Below are positions 54,901 to 64,000 of a DNA stretch of 64,000 nucleotides, in pieces; positions within the stretch are counted from its first letter, which is position 1; the number at the start of each line of letters is the position of its first letter. The position numbers and the translations under genes are program-made. The notes under the pieces are model-generated. The model was not told where the DNA came from, searched no databases, and was given only the letters and a program-made list of their open reading frames with translations. Origin of the DNA: a virus; IMG/VR virus record IMGVR_UViG_3300027741_002766, positions 44,738-108,737 of that record, one strand, 5' to 3'.

Positions 54901-57631
54901 CTTGGTATCAGCCACTGCCAACGTCACAGGTGGCAATTTGACCACAGGTGGAGTGATCACAGCAACAGGCACAATCACAGGTGGCAACATTGTCACAGGT
55001 GGCATAGTATCAGCAACTGGCAATATTACCTCAGTTGCCAACGTTGCCGGTGGTAACTTGCTGACAGGTGGCTTGGTATCAGCCACTGCCAACGTCACAG
55101 GTGGCAATTTGATCACTGGCGGATTGATTTCAGCAACTGCCACAATCACAGGTGGCAACTTGGCCACAGGTGGCACAGCAAGTGCTGGTGGTAACATTAC
55201 AGGTGCCAACATCCTAACAGGTGGTTTGGTATCAGCGACCAGCACAGTACAAGGTTCAACATTGATTGGTTCAGTTGTTACAGCAACTGGTACCATCACT
55301 GGTGGCAATTTGGTCACTGGTGGTCAAGTGTCAGCAACAGGTAACATCACATCAGTGGCCAACATCGCAGGTGGCAACTTGCTTACAGGTGGATTGATAT
55401 CTGCAACTGCCAATATCACTGGTGGCAATGTCTTAACTGCTGGACTGGTAAGTGCAACTGGCAACGTAACTGGTAATTACATTTTGGGCAATGGTGCGTT
55501 CTTGAGTGGCGTGATCACAAGTGTGGCCAACATCAACAACGGCACATCAAACGTAAGTATCTACGCAGCCAATGCCAACGTGGCAGTCAGTGTAGGCGGT
55601 ACGTCAAACGTGGCAGTGTTTGCTACCACAGGTGAATACATCAACGGTTTGTTGAGTGTGAGTGGTAATGTAACAGGTGGTAACGTATTGACAGGTGGTT
55701 TAGTAAGTGCTACTGCCAACGTGACTGGTGGTAATTTGACCACAGGTGGTTTAGTAAGTGCTACAGGTACTGTACAAGGTTCGACCCTGATCGGCGCAGT
55801 GATCACAGCAACCGGTAACGTATATGGTGGCAACTTATCAACAGGCGGCCTGATCACAGCAACGGCCAATATCACTGGTGGTAACTTGCTGACAGGTGGC
55901 CTGATATCGGCCACATCGACAATCACTTCTGGTGCTAATATCACTGGTGCCAACATTTTGACAGGTGGTTTAGTATCAGCAACTGGTACTGTCCAAGGTT
56001 CAACATTAATTGGTTCAGTTGTGACAGCAACTGGTAATGTGTATGGTGGTAATGTATCAACTGCTGGTCTGGTAACAGCAACTGGCAACGTGACAGGTGG
56101 CAACATATTGACAGGTGGATTGATATCCGCAACGTCAACCATCACTAGTGCAGCCAATATCACTGGTGGCAACATCTTAACAGGTGGCCTAATATCAGCA
56201 ACTGCCACAATCACAGGTGGCAACTTGGCCACAGGTGGCACAGCAAGTGCAGGCGGCAACATTACAGGTGCCAACATCTTGACAGGTGGTTTGATGTCAA
56301 GTACGGGCAACGCTATCCATGGCAATATCTCAACTGCTGGATTGATTACTGCTACTGGCAATATCAACGGTGGAAATATTACCACAGTTGGTTTGATCAG
56401 TACCTCGGGCAATGTTGCTACTGGTAATTTGTTGACCAACAACTTCTACTATGCCAACGGTGCTCCAATCACACTAGGCGTGAACTACACAGCAAATACC
56501 ACACCTCCAAGTGGCCCAGCCAATGGATGGCAGTGGTACAATACTTCAACTGATGTGTTGTATGAATACCTCAGCGACGGTACAAGCCAATACTGGGTTG
56601 ACATAACAAGTCCTGCATTTGCCGGCGGCGTTGTGGCAAACGTGGCGATCTCGGGCAGTATGTTGCTCAATGCCAATGCCACATATGACCTGGGCAGTAG
56701 TTCACAACAAGTTCGCAACGTATACGCTGTAAATTACTATGGTAACGGTGCTACACTAAGCGGTATTATCACAAGTGTAAGCAACATCAACAACGGTACA
56801 TCAAACGTGACTGTTGTGAGTTCCGGTGGTAATATTGCAGCCTCAGTTGGTGGAACATCAAATGTGATGGTGATCAGTTCAGGTGCTGTGGCAATCACAG
56901 GTGACTTGAGTGTATCTGGCAACGCAAGTTTGACTGGTAACATTGTTGGCGATGCTATCTACAATGGTACAACTAGCCTACAAATTCAAACATCCGGTGG
57001 TAATGCCAACCTCACTATTGGTGGAACATCAAACGTAGTTGTTTGGGCCACAACAGGCGAATATGTAACTGGATTAATCAGTGCAAGCGGTAACATTACT
57101 GGTGGCAATTTGACCACAGCAGGCGTACTCACAGTCAATTCTGGAGCAGCCGCAACAGCCATTGTGAACGGTGCAGGTAATGCAGTTGGTAACATTGGTA
57201 GTTCTAGTAAGTATTTTAACCAATTGTTTGCTCAGGCAACCACAGCACTGTATGCTGACTTGGCAGAAAATTATGTGAGCGATGCTGACTATGCACCAGG
57301 CACAGTTTTGGATTTTGGTGGTACTCAAGAAGTCACCATAAGTACTGTAGATTCCAGCAAGCGGGTTGCTGGTGTGGTTTCAACTAATCCGGCTCATTTG
57401 ATGAACGCAGGAGTTGTTGGTGAACATGTGGTCACAGTTGCCCTGATTGGTCGTGTACCAGTCAAGGTAACAGGTACAGTACGCAAGGGTGATTTGATGG
57501 TCAGTGCTGGAGACGGCACAGCCAGAGCAGTTACAATTGCAAGTCCAAAAGTAGGTACTATAATTGGTAAATCACTAGAAGACTTCGACGGCGACAAAGG
57601 CACAATTGAAATCGTGATTGGCAAGCATTAA
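51962..57631 (+). CDS. Long repeat fibre protein (1889 aa) with C-terminal intramolecular chaperone / autocleavage domain
   Basis: Dozens of TGGN(L/I)xTGGL(I/V)SAT repeats; C-terminal 'YADLAENY...VAGVVSTNP...VALIGRVPVKV...GTIIGKSLE' (peptidase G2-type); AGGAG SD. Confidence 0.88.
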   Translation: MSFPVSPTNGQITVVNQVSYQYSSATNSWTRILSTANVITANTIAVNGALTVGTTISATGNIVTQAYFIGDGSKISNISANAVSVSNITNGTSNVSINTSGGNATVGIGGTSNVAVFATTGTYITGLLSVSGNITGGNILTGGLISTTGTINSATTITGGNLATAGYASATGNVTGGNIVTGGLITATANISGGNLLTVGLISATSTITSAANITGGNILTAGQVSATANVTGGNLLTAGLASVTGNVTGGNLTTGGQITATGNISSAANVAGGNILTAGLVSAGANITGANVLTGGQVSATANVTGGNILTGGLISATSTITSAANITGQNLITGGLVTATGNVTGGNVLTGGLISATATITGGNLATAGYASATGNVTGGNVNTGGLITATGNIAGGNVNTSGIVSASGNIFGNNIFATTTVSTAGNVIAGNVNTSNIRPTSGALTISTGTGNLNLNPAGNIVLSANTWINNLATPVQDGDAASKYYVDTIASTGIQYHQAVYAATTTTLAATTGGTITYAQPNGVANGVGATLTTTTSFNLIDTANVQTVGTRILVKDQANAVQNGVYVWSNATALTRSADTDEYGANSTEQFSINDYFFTTNGNVNAGTAFIVSAPPGVITFGTSNIAFSTFSTSQVYSANTAAGLSLTGTVFSAKVDNNTTAFDGTGNIIVKASANLTTPNIGAATGTSLNTTGNVDAGNLRTGGLVSATANVTGGNLTTGGLITATGNLTAGNIQTAGQISATGNIVAAAGSFFVGNGSALTGVTATSAGFPITAGTSNIAAAVNGNIGITVAGASNVGLFTLSGLLVTGLISANGNVTGGNITTGGLVSATGTVTGSTLIGTVVTATGNVYGGNVSTGGLVTATGNVTGGNLTTGGLITATANISGGNLLTGGLISATSTITSAANITGQNLLTAGLVSAGSNIQGANILTGGLVSATANVTGGNLITGGLVSATGNITSVANVAGGNLLTGGLVSATANVTGGNLTTGGVITATGTITGGNIVTGGIVSATGNITSVANVAGGNLLTGGLVSATANVTGGNLITGGLISATATITGGNLATGGTASAGGNITGANILTGGLVSATSTVQGSTLIGSVVTATGTITGGNLVTGGQVSATGNITSVANIAGGNLLTGGLISATANITGGNVLTAGLVSATGNVTGNYILGNGAFLSGVITSVANINNGTSNVSIYAANANVAVSVGGTSNVAVFATTGEYINGLLSVSGNVTGGNVLTGGLVSATANVTGGNLTTGGLVSATGTVQGSTLIGAVITATGNVYGGNLSTGGLITATANITGGNLLTGGLISATSTITSGANITGANILTGGLVSATGTVQGSTLIGSVVTATGNVYGGNVSTAGLVTATGNVTGGNILTGGLISATSTITSAANITGGNILTGGLISATATITGGNLATGGTASAGGNITGANILTGGLMSSTGNAIHGNISTAGLITATGNINGGNITTVGLISTSGNVATGNLLTNNFYYANGAPITLGVNYTANTTPPSGPANGWQWYNTSTDVLYEYLSDGTSQYWVDITSPAFAGGVVANVAISGSMLLNANATYDLGSSSQQVRNVYAVNYYGNGATLSGIITSVSNINNGTSNVTVVSSGGNIAASVGGTSNVMVISSGAVAITGDLSVSGNASLTGNIVGDAIYNGTTSLQIQTSGGNANLTIGGTSNVVVWATTGEYVTGLISASGNITGGNLTTAGVLTVNSGAAATAIVNGAGNAVGNIGSSSKYFNQLFAQATTALYADLAENYVSDADYAPGTVLDFGGTQEVTISTVDSSKRVAGVVSTNPAHLMNAGVVGEHVVTVALIGRVPVKVTGTVRKGDLMVSAGDGTARAVTIASPKVGTIIGKSLEDFDGDKGTIEIVIGKH
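54860..55112 (+). repeat. Exact 82-bp direct repeat inside the fibre gene
   Basis: 54860-54941 is identical to 55031-55112 (period 171 bp). Confidence 0.85.
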
Positions 57632-57642
57632 AAGGATAGCGA

Positions 57643-60600
57643 ATGGCCTTTCCAACGTCGCCGACGAACGGGCAAACGGTAGTTGTTAACAACGTTTCGT
57701 ATCAGTATTCGAACGTTAGCAACTCCTGGACCCGCATCCTCTCAACGGCCAACATCATCACGGCCAACACCATCGCAGTCAACGGCGCACTCAGCGCCGC
57801 TGGCAACATTTCAACAGGCAACTACTTTATTGGTAACGGTTCGTTACTGACAGGTATCGCCACTGGAACACCAACTTTAATCGCTAATGGTACATCCAAC
57901 GTCTCTGTTGCAAGTTCGGGTGGCAACATCAGAGTCAATGTAGGCGGCACATCTAACGTAATTGTTTATGCCACCACGGGCGAATATGTAACAGGTGTTA
58001 TAAGTGCCAGTGGTAATATTACTTCGGCAGGCAATGTCACTGGCGGTAACATTTTAACCGCCGGATTGGTCAGTGTCACTGGCACACTCAGTGTGAGTGG
58101 AGTAACCACGCTGGCCAATCTCAGCGCCGGCAACATTTCATCAGGTGGCATAAACTCTGGCGGAGCAATAAGTGCCACTGGCAACATCACCGGTGGCAAT
58201 TTATCAGGTACCAATATTGCAGGCACACTGACCACAGCCTCACAAACCAATATCACCAGCGTTGGAACACTGGGCTCATTGGCCGTTACCGCTAACGTAA
58301 CCGGTGGTAACTTACTAACAGGTGGACTTATTAGTGCTACATCAACTGTCACTGGATCAACTTTAATTGGTTCAGTTGTCACAGCAAGTGGTAACGTAAC
58401 CGGTGGCAACATATTAACAGGTGGATTAGTATCTGCCGCGGCCAATGTAACGGCCAATAACGGCATGTTTACCAATATTGTGAACGTGGCCAGTTTCACC
58501 GGAGGCCTTGTTTCTGTTACAGGCAATGTCACTGCCAACAATGGCATGTTCACCAACATTGTAAACGTGGCAAGCCATACAGGTGCTGTAGTATCAGTAA
58601 GTGGCAACGTAACTGGTGGTAACTTGTTGACTGCAGGCCTGATCAGTGCTACAAGTACAATCACCAGTGCGGCCAATATCACAGGTGGTAACATCTTAAC
58701 TGCTGGATTGATCAGTGCCGCAAGTACCATAACTGGTACAAGTCATCTGGGTTCAGTTGTTTCAGTCACAGCCAATATCACAGGTGGTAACATCCTAACA
58801 GGTGGGCAAGTTTCGGCAGTGGGTGCTGTCACAGGCGGATCCTTATCAATTGGTACCGGCAACACAGGCGATGCTATTATCTATGGTAACCTAACAGTTT
58901 ACGGCAATACCACAACCATCAATTCAAACACAATTACCACCAATGATCTCAACATCACTGTTGGTAACAATCAAAACACAGGTGCCGCACTGAACAATGC
59001 TGGTATAGACGTTGGTAACAACAACTTGGCCACCTGGAGATACAACAACGCTACCACAAGTTGGCAAAGTAATATTGCTGTCACACCCGCGGCCAATGCC
59101 ACATTGGCTCTTGGTGGCACCAGCAACTATTGGGGTACAGCCTATCTCAATGCCACACAGATTGCAACCACAGCCAGTGCTGTGGGCAACGTAACCGGTG
59201 GTAATTTACTAACTGGTGGATTGATATCAGCCACATCAACTATTACGTCAGCGGCAAATATCACAGGTGGTAATGTCTTAACTGGCGGTTTGATAAGTGC
59301 CGCAGGTAACATCAGTGGTAACAATATCTTTGGCGGATTTCTTTCGGCTGTGGCCAACGTGATTGGCGGTAACATAACAACAGGTGGCCTGATCACTGCA
59401 ACAGGCAACGTAACTGGCGGTAACATCCTGACAGGTGGATTGATTAGTGCTACTGCCAACGTGATCGCCAACAACGGAATATTCATCAACATAGTAAACA
59501 CTGCTAGTTTCACTGGTGGAATTGTATCGGTTACTGGCAACGTCACAGCCAATAACGGCATGTTCACCACGATTGTGAACGTGGCCAGTCATACAGGTGC
59601 TGTGGTAAGTGTTAGTGGCAACGTCACTGGTGGTAACATCTTAACTGGTGGCCTGATAAGTGCCGCTGGGAATATTGCTGGTAATGTGTTTATTGGTAAT
59701 GGTTCACAACTGACTGGTATTACTGGAACATATGGCAATGCCAATGTTGTGGCCAACTTGGCTGCTTTGGGATCAAATCCAGTATCAACCACAGGTAACA
59801 TAACTGGTGGTAACTTGTTGTTTGGATCTGGCGTTGCAAGTGGTACAGGCAACGTAACTGGTGGCAATATCTTGACAGGTGGATTAGTCAGTGCCGCTGG
59901 CACCATAACTGGCACAAGTTATTTGGGTTCAGTTGTGTCAGTCACTGCCAACATCACAGGCGGTAACATTTTAAATAATGGATTGATATCAGCCAGTGGT
60001 AACGTGACCAGCGGTAATATGCTGACAGCAGGGTTGATCTCTGCAACTGGTAATATTACTGGTGGTAACCTGTCAGGCACAAGTATTGCAGGTACATTGA
60101 CCACAGCCGCACAAACCAACATCACTTCAGTTGGTACTTTGAGCAGCCTGGCAGTGACAGCCAACGTAACGGGTGGTAACTTACTAACTGGTGGATTGAT
60201 CTCGGCAACTGGTAACATTACTGGTGGCAATATAACAATTCCAGGATCGGCTAACATATCTACTTTTATAGGTAATGTTTTCTTTGGCTCTATTCCAGCA
60301 CAGCCAACATGGTATACTGTTGCCCCATTAAATCTCAACAACAGTTTGGCAGCGGCCACAAAAGTTCAGTTAAATTTAATTAACACAGGTGGCGGCGCTG
60401 GTGCTGGATCAGCAATTGATTTCTACACTTATCAAATTTCAGTTGCCGCAGCCAACGCAGAAGCCAGAATAGCCGGAATTGATGATGGTAACTATTCGGC
60501 CTATCTCAGTCTTCAAACAAAAACTCCTGGTAGCATTGGCACTAATGGATTAGTTGAACGAGTAAAAATTGATTCAACTGGTGCATCGGTAGTTGCTAAT

Positions 60601-62583
60601 ATCACAGGTGGTAACATCCTGACAGGCGGATTAATATCTGCAACTGGTACAGTCACTGGCACAAGTCATTTGGGTGCTGTGGTATCAGTAACGGCCAACG
60701 TAACCGGTGGCAATATCTTAACTGGTGGATTAATTTCAGCCACTGCTAACATTACCGGCAACTTCTTTATTGGTAACGGATCACAGTTAACTGGTATTGC
60801 TACCGGAACACCTACACAGATTGTCAGTGGTACATCAAACGTGAATGTTGTGAGTTCTGGCGGTAACGTTAGTGTAGGTATAGGTGGTACATCAAACATA
60901 GCAGTGTTTGCTACTACAGGTGAATATGTTACAGGTTTAATAAGTGCTAGTGGTAATATTACTGGTGGTAATTTATTAACAGGCGGATTGATTTCTGCAA
61001 CTGGTAACATCACTGGTGGTAACCTGTCAGGTACAAGTATCGCAGGTACATTGACCACTGCCTCACAAACCAACATCACAAGTGTTGGTACACTGGGAAG
61101 TTTAGCAGTCACAGCCAACGTAACTGGTGGTAATATCTTAACAGGTGGATTGATTTCCAGTACAGGCAATAGTACAGCAGGAAATTATCTAACTGGTGGT
61201 GTTGTTAGTGCCACTGGTAATATCGCTGGCAACTATTTTATTGGTAATGGTTCACAACTAACTGGTATTGCCACAGGAACACCTACCAAAATTGTCAATG
61301 GCACAAGTGAAGCCAACATTGGTGCATCAGGCGGTAATGCCAACATCACAATTGGTGGCACATCAAACGTTGTGGTTGTGGCAACTACAGGTGTTTTAGT
61401 CACAGGTATTGTAAGTGCAACTGGTAATATCACAGGCGGCAACGTGATATCTGGCGGTGTAAGAGTATACAAATGGACCACGCAGGCCAACACAGCACCG
61501 TCAGGCGCAGTACCAGGCGATGCTTGGTACGATTCCTATGCCGCTAAACTGTATTTGTACATAAACGATGGAACTGGTAACCAGTGGGTTGATCAAAGTC
61601 CTCCCACATCATTTGCCAATCTAACAGTGAGTGGAACGGTCAGTGCTGTTGGTAACATTACCGGCAACTACTTTATTGGTAATGGTTCTCAATTGACTGG
61701 TATAGCAGGTGGCGGCGGCGGAACAAGTATTTCTAGTGGCACATCAAATGTCAACGTAGTAAGTTCAGGCGGCAACGTCACAGTTGGTATTGGTGGAACT
61801 GCAAACGTGGCAGTGTTTGCCACCACCGGCGAATATGTAACTGGTTTAATTTCAGCAAGTGGTAACATCACTGGTGGCAACTTGTTGACAGGTGGCCTGA
61901 TATCTGCTACATCAACTATTACCTCGGCTGCTAACATCACTGGTGGCAACTTGTTGACAGGTGGTTTAATATCAGCCGCAGGTACTGTGACTGGTACAAG
62001 TCATTTGGGGGCTGTGGTATCAGTGACTGGCAACGTAACAGCCGCTAACGTGGTTATCACTGGTACTGCTGCCGCAGGTAGTGGAGTATTAATTGTTTCG
62101 GGCAACATTCAAACCAGTACAGCCAATGCCACTGCCAATATTGGCAACGCCAGCAACTATTTCAACAGACTGTTTGCTCAAGCAACCACAGCACTGTATG
62201 CCGACTTGGCAGAAATGTATACAGCAGACCAGGAATATGTTCCAGGCACAGTATTGGTATTTGGTGGCTCCCAAGAAGTTACTATGAGTACAGTGAGTCA
62301 TGATGTTCGTATTGCAGGAGTAGTATCTACCAATCCAGCACACATAATGAACTCAGGATTAAATGCCGATTGTACTGTGGCTGTGGCTCTGGTGGGAAGA
62401 GTTCCTTGTCAAGTTATAGGACCTATTGTCGCAGGTGATCGTGTGGTCGCCAGCAACCGCGCAGGTGTTGCCGAACGCTTGGACATGTCACAATACCAAC
62501 CAGGTGTGATTATTGGCAAGGCATTAGAGAGTTACTCCAGTACCGAACCTGGTGTAATTGAAGTTGTGGTAGGGAGACTATAA
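57643..62583 (+). CDS. Long repeat fibre protein (1646 aa) with C-terminal chaperone domain
   Basis: Same N-terminal FPxSPxNGQ module, same repeats and YADLAE domain as 51962..57631. Confidence 0.88.
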   Translation: MAFPTSPTNGQTVVVNNVSYQYSNVSNSWTRILSTANIITANTIAVNGALSAAGNISTGNYFIGNGSLLTGIATGTPTLIANGTSNVSVASSGGNIRVNVGGTSNVIVYATTGEYVTGVISASGNITSAGNVTGGNILTAGLVSVTGTLSVSGVTTLANLSAGNISSGGINSGGAISATGNITGGNLSGTNIAGTLTTASQTNITSVGTLGSLAVTANVTGGNLLTGGLISATSTVTGSTLIGSVVTASGNVTGGNILTGGLVSAAANVTANNGMFTNIVNVASFTGGLVSVTGNVTANNGMFTNIVNVASHTGAVVSVSGNVTGGNLLTAGLISATSTITSAANITGGNILTAGLISAASTITGTSHLGSVVSVTANITGGNILTGGQVSAVGAVTGGSLSIGTGNTGDAIIYGNLTVYGNTTTINSNTITTNDLNITVGNNQNTGAALNNAGIDVGNNNLATWRYNNATTSWQSNIAVTPAANATLALGGTSNYWGTAYLNATQIATTASAVGNVTGGNLLTGGLISATSTITSAANITGGNVLTGGLISAAGNISGNNIFGGFLSAVANVIGGNITTGGLITATGNVTGGNILTGGLISATANVIANNGIFINIVNTASFTGGIVSVTGNVTANNGMFTTIVNVASHTGAVVSVSGNVTGGNILTGGLISAAGNIAGNVFIGNGSQLTGITGTYGNANVVANLAALGSNPVSTTGNITGGNLLFGSGVASGTGNVTGGNILTGGLVSAAGTITGTSYLGSVVSVTANITGGNILNNGLISASGNVTSGNMLTAGLISATGNITGGNLSGTSIAGTLTTAAQTNITSVGTLSSLAVTANVTGGNLLTGGLISATGNITGGNITIPGSANISTFIGNVFFGSIPAQPTWYTVAPLNLNNSLAAATKVQLNLINTGGGAGAGSAIDFYTYQISVAAANAEARIAGIDDGNYSAYLSLQTKTPGSIGTNGLVERVKIDSTGASVVANITGGNILTGGLISATGTVTGTSHLGAVVSVTANVTGGNILTGGLISATANITGNFFIGNGSQLTGIATGTPTQIVSGTSNVNVVSSGGNVSVGIGGTSNIAVFATTGEYVTGLISASGNITGGNLLTGGLISATGNITGGNLSGTSIAGTLTTASQTNITSVGTLGSLAVTANVTGGNILTGGLISSTGNSTAGNYLTGGVVSATGNIAGNYFIGNGSQLTGIATGTPTKIVNGTSEANIGASGGNANITIGGTSNVVVVATTGVLVTGIVSATGNITGGNVISGGVRVYKWTTQANTAPSGAVPGDAWYDSYAAKLYLYINDGTGNQWVDQSPPTSFANLTVSGTVSAVGNITGNYFIGNGSQLTGIAGGGGGTSISSGTSNVNVVSSGGNVTVGIGGTANVAVFATTGEYVTGLISASGNITGGNLLTGGLISATSTITSAANITGGNLLTGGLISAAGTVTGTSHLGAVVSVTGNVTAANVVITGTAAAGSGVLIVSGNIQTSTANATANIGNASNYFNRLFAQATTALYADLAEMYTADQEYVPGTVLVFGGSQEVTMSTVSHDVRIAGVVSTNPAHIMNSGLNADCTVAVALVGRVPCQVIGPIVAGDRVVASNRAGVAERLDMSQYQPGVIIGKALESYSSTEPGVIEVVVGRL

Positions 62584-63524
62584 TGGCATTTCCAACGTCA
62601 CCAATCAATGGGCAACAGGCTACCATAAATGGTATAGTCTATACTTACAGCACAGCGTTGACTGCTTGGACGGTGAGTACATCACTGGGCAACTCGTTTG
62701 TAAGTATCAGCGTCTCTGGTAATGTCAATAGTGGAAATTTGTTAGCCACCGGCTTGGCCAGCGTCACAGGTAATATCACTGGCAATTACTTTATTGGTAA
62801 CGGCAGTCAATTGTCAGGTCTCAGTGCCAGTAAGATATTTAATGGCACAAGTGAAGCCAACATTGGCGCATCAGGTGGTAATGCCAATATCTCAATTGGT
62901 GGTACATCAAACGTATTTGTTGTGTCATCGACTGGTATTTTTACAACTGGTTTATCCAGCGTCAGCGGAAACATCACCACTGGTGGTAATTTAACCATTA
63001 CTGGTACAGCAGCCGCGGGTAGTGGGGTGTTGATTGTGTCAGGCAATATTCAAACCAGTACCGCCAACGCCACAGCCAACATTGGCAATGCCAGCAACTA
63101 CTTCAACAGACTGTTTGCTCAAGCGACCACAGCACTCTACGCTGACTTGGCTGAAGTTTACCGATCTGATGCACAGTATCCCCCAGGTACTGTGCTGGTA
63201 TTTGGTGGCTCACAAGAAGTCACAACAAGCACAGTCAGCCACGATACCAAAATCGCCGGCATAGTATCTACCAATCCTGCTCACGTGATGAATTCAGGAC
63301 TGCAATCTGAATTTACTGTGGAAGTTGGTTTGATTGGGCGTGTGCCATGTCAAGTGATTGGACCAATTGCCGCAGGTGATCAAGTGGTGTCAAGTAATCG
63401 GGCAGGTGTTGCTGAACGATTAGATCAGACAAAATATCGATCTGGAATGATTATTGGCAAAGCACTAGAGAGTTACTTAGGGACAGATGTTGGCACAATT
63501 GAAGTTGTGGTTGGCAGACTATAA
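62583..63524 (+). CDS. Short paralogous fibre protein (313 aa) with C-terminal chaperone domain
   Basis: MAFPTSPINGQ N-terminus and YADLAE domain; TAATG overlap with the upstream gene. Confidence 0.85.
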   Translation: MAFPTSPINGQQATINGIVYTYSTALTAWTVSTSLGNSFVSISVSGNVNSGNLLATGLASVTGNITGNYFIGNGSQLSGLSASKIFNGTSEANIGASGGNANISIGGTSNVFVVSSTGIFTTGLSSVSGNITTGGNLTITGTAAAGSGVLIVSGNIQTSTANATANIGNASNYFNRLFAQATTALYADLAEVYRSDAQYPPGTVLVFGGSQEVTTSTVSHDTKIAGIVSTNPAHVMNSGLQSEFTVEVGLIGRVPCQVIGPIAAGDQVVSSNRAGVAERLDQTKYRSGMIIGKALESYLGTDVGTIEVVVGRL

Positions 63525-63947
63525 AGTCTGTTCCACCTGCTGAATCTTTTGCTGAACAGCATCCAGGTTTACAGTGTTCCAAAGTCCAGGATGCAAGGGT
63601 CTTGGCCAACGCCCTGATTCAATCCAGGCATAGCCTGTGTGTTCGTGATTTAGTTCTGGTACAAACTCATAGTCCACTCGGCACCAAAAAGTATGATATT
63701 CGAATGCACCATCGGGCGATGTGAATTTCTCTATGGGTATCAGCCGTTCGTAGTCGGGCACACTGCCCAGTTCTTCCGCACACTCGCGTTCCACCGCCAC
63801 TAGTAAGTTTTCTCCAGCCTCTACTTTGCCCCCGGCCAAACCCCAGGTGTCCGGATACTTGACATCGTTTCGCAAGAGATAGAGATAGCGTCGAGTACGG
63901 CCGCAGTAGAACCATACACCCACGGCTTTTACAATACCAGACTCCAC
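63519..63947 (-). CDS. NUDIX hydrolase
   Basis: Nudix box 'GGKVEAGENLLVAVERECAEELG'. Confidence 0.9.
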   Translation of the reverse strand: MESGIVKAVGVWFYCGRTRRYLYLLRNDVKYPDTWGLAGGKVEAGENLLVAVERECAEELGSVPDYERLIPIEKFTSPDGAFEYHTFWCRVDYEFVPELNHEHTGYAWIESGRWPRPLHPGLWNTVNLDAVQQKIQQVEQTL

Positions 63948-64000
63948 GAGCCTCCCGGATACAGGCCATCGATACTCTTGACCCAGGCAGTACCATTCCA
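63929..64000 (-). CDS. C-terminal end of a gene starting beyond the window (probable virion protein)
   Basis: Reads ...WNGTAWVKSIDGLYPGGSWSLVL-stop, overlapping the NUDIX start. Confidence 0.6.
   Translation of the reverse strand, partial: WNGTAWVKSIDGLYPGGSWSLVL

Noticed and set aside
49056-63046. Many minus-strand ORFs of the type MLPPVTLPVAV in the fibre genes
   Set aside because: Antisense shadows of GGN/AAC/ACN repeat codons, with no promoters or SD and fully nested in real genes.
27371-63521. Stop-codon reassignment
   Set aside because: Long genes are intact in the standard code, and TAG (27373, 32969, 63519), TGA and TAA all end genes at sensible positions.
48172-63524. Diversity-generating retroelement acting on fibre repeats
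   Set aside because: No reverse transcriptase in the window, and repeat differences are third-position synonymous rather than adenine-specific.
1-64000. CRISPR or TIGR-type array
   Set aside because: No non-coding run of three or more regularly spaced repeats seen; periodic repeats are all coding.

Overview
A 64-kb segment of a large, T4-related (myovirus-type, probably jumbo) dsDNA phage genome using the standard code. Nearly all of it is late structural genes. From 1 to 26.4 kb on the minus strand is a baseplate/tail cluster: a giant 4175-aa wedge/adhesin, gp6-, gp25-, gp5/VgrG- and gp53-like proteins, and hub and tube-initiator proteins. From 26.5 to 32.5 kb on the plus strand are a gp55-like late sigma factor, gp47/gp46 (Mre11/Rad50-like) split by three inserted hypothetical genes, and a compact GIY-YIG nuclease. 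That nuclease is followed by about 420 nt of highly structured non-coding sequence. Next come MTA/SAH nucleosidase and APRT, gp26/gp51-like genes, a tape-measure/lysozyme protein, the head module (portal, protease, scaffold, major capsid) with two free-standing homing endonucleases, two glycosyltransferase-like genes, and four long Gly/Asn/Thr repeat fibre genes. The most promising observations are: (1) the minimal GIY-YIG nuclease with its downstream structured RNA and DNA-type GNA-triloop hairpins; (2) a likely -1 frameshift (T TTT TTC) fusing the gp26-like and gp51-like ORFs; (3) a pseudoknotted, switchable leader abutting the Shine-Dalgarno of a virion gene; (4) widespread leaderless late transcription from TAAATA promoters, with a candidate AAC-N6-GTT operator; (5) locally recoded codon tracts beside the homing endonucleases and in paralogous fibre modules. 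All family assignments come from motif recognition by eye; no database search or folding program was run.
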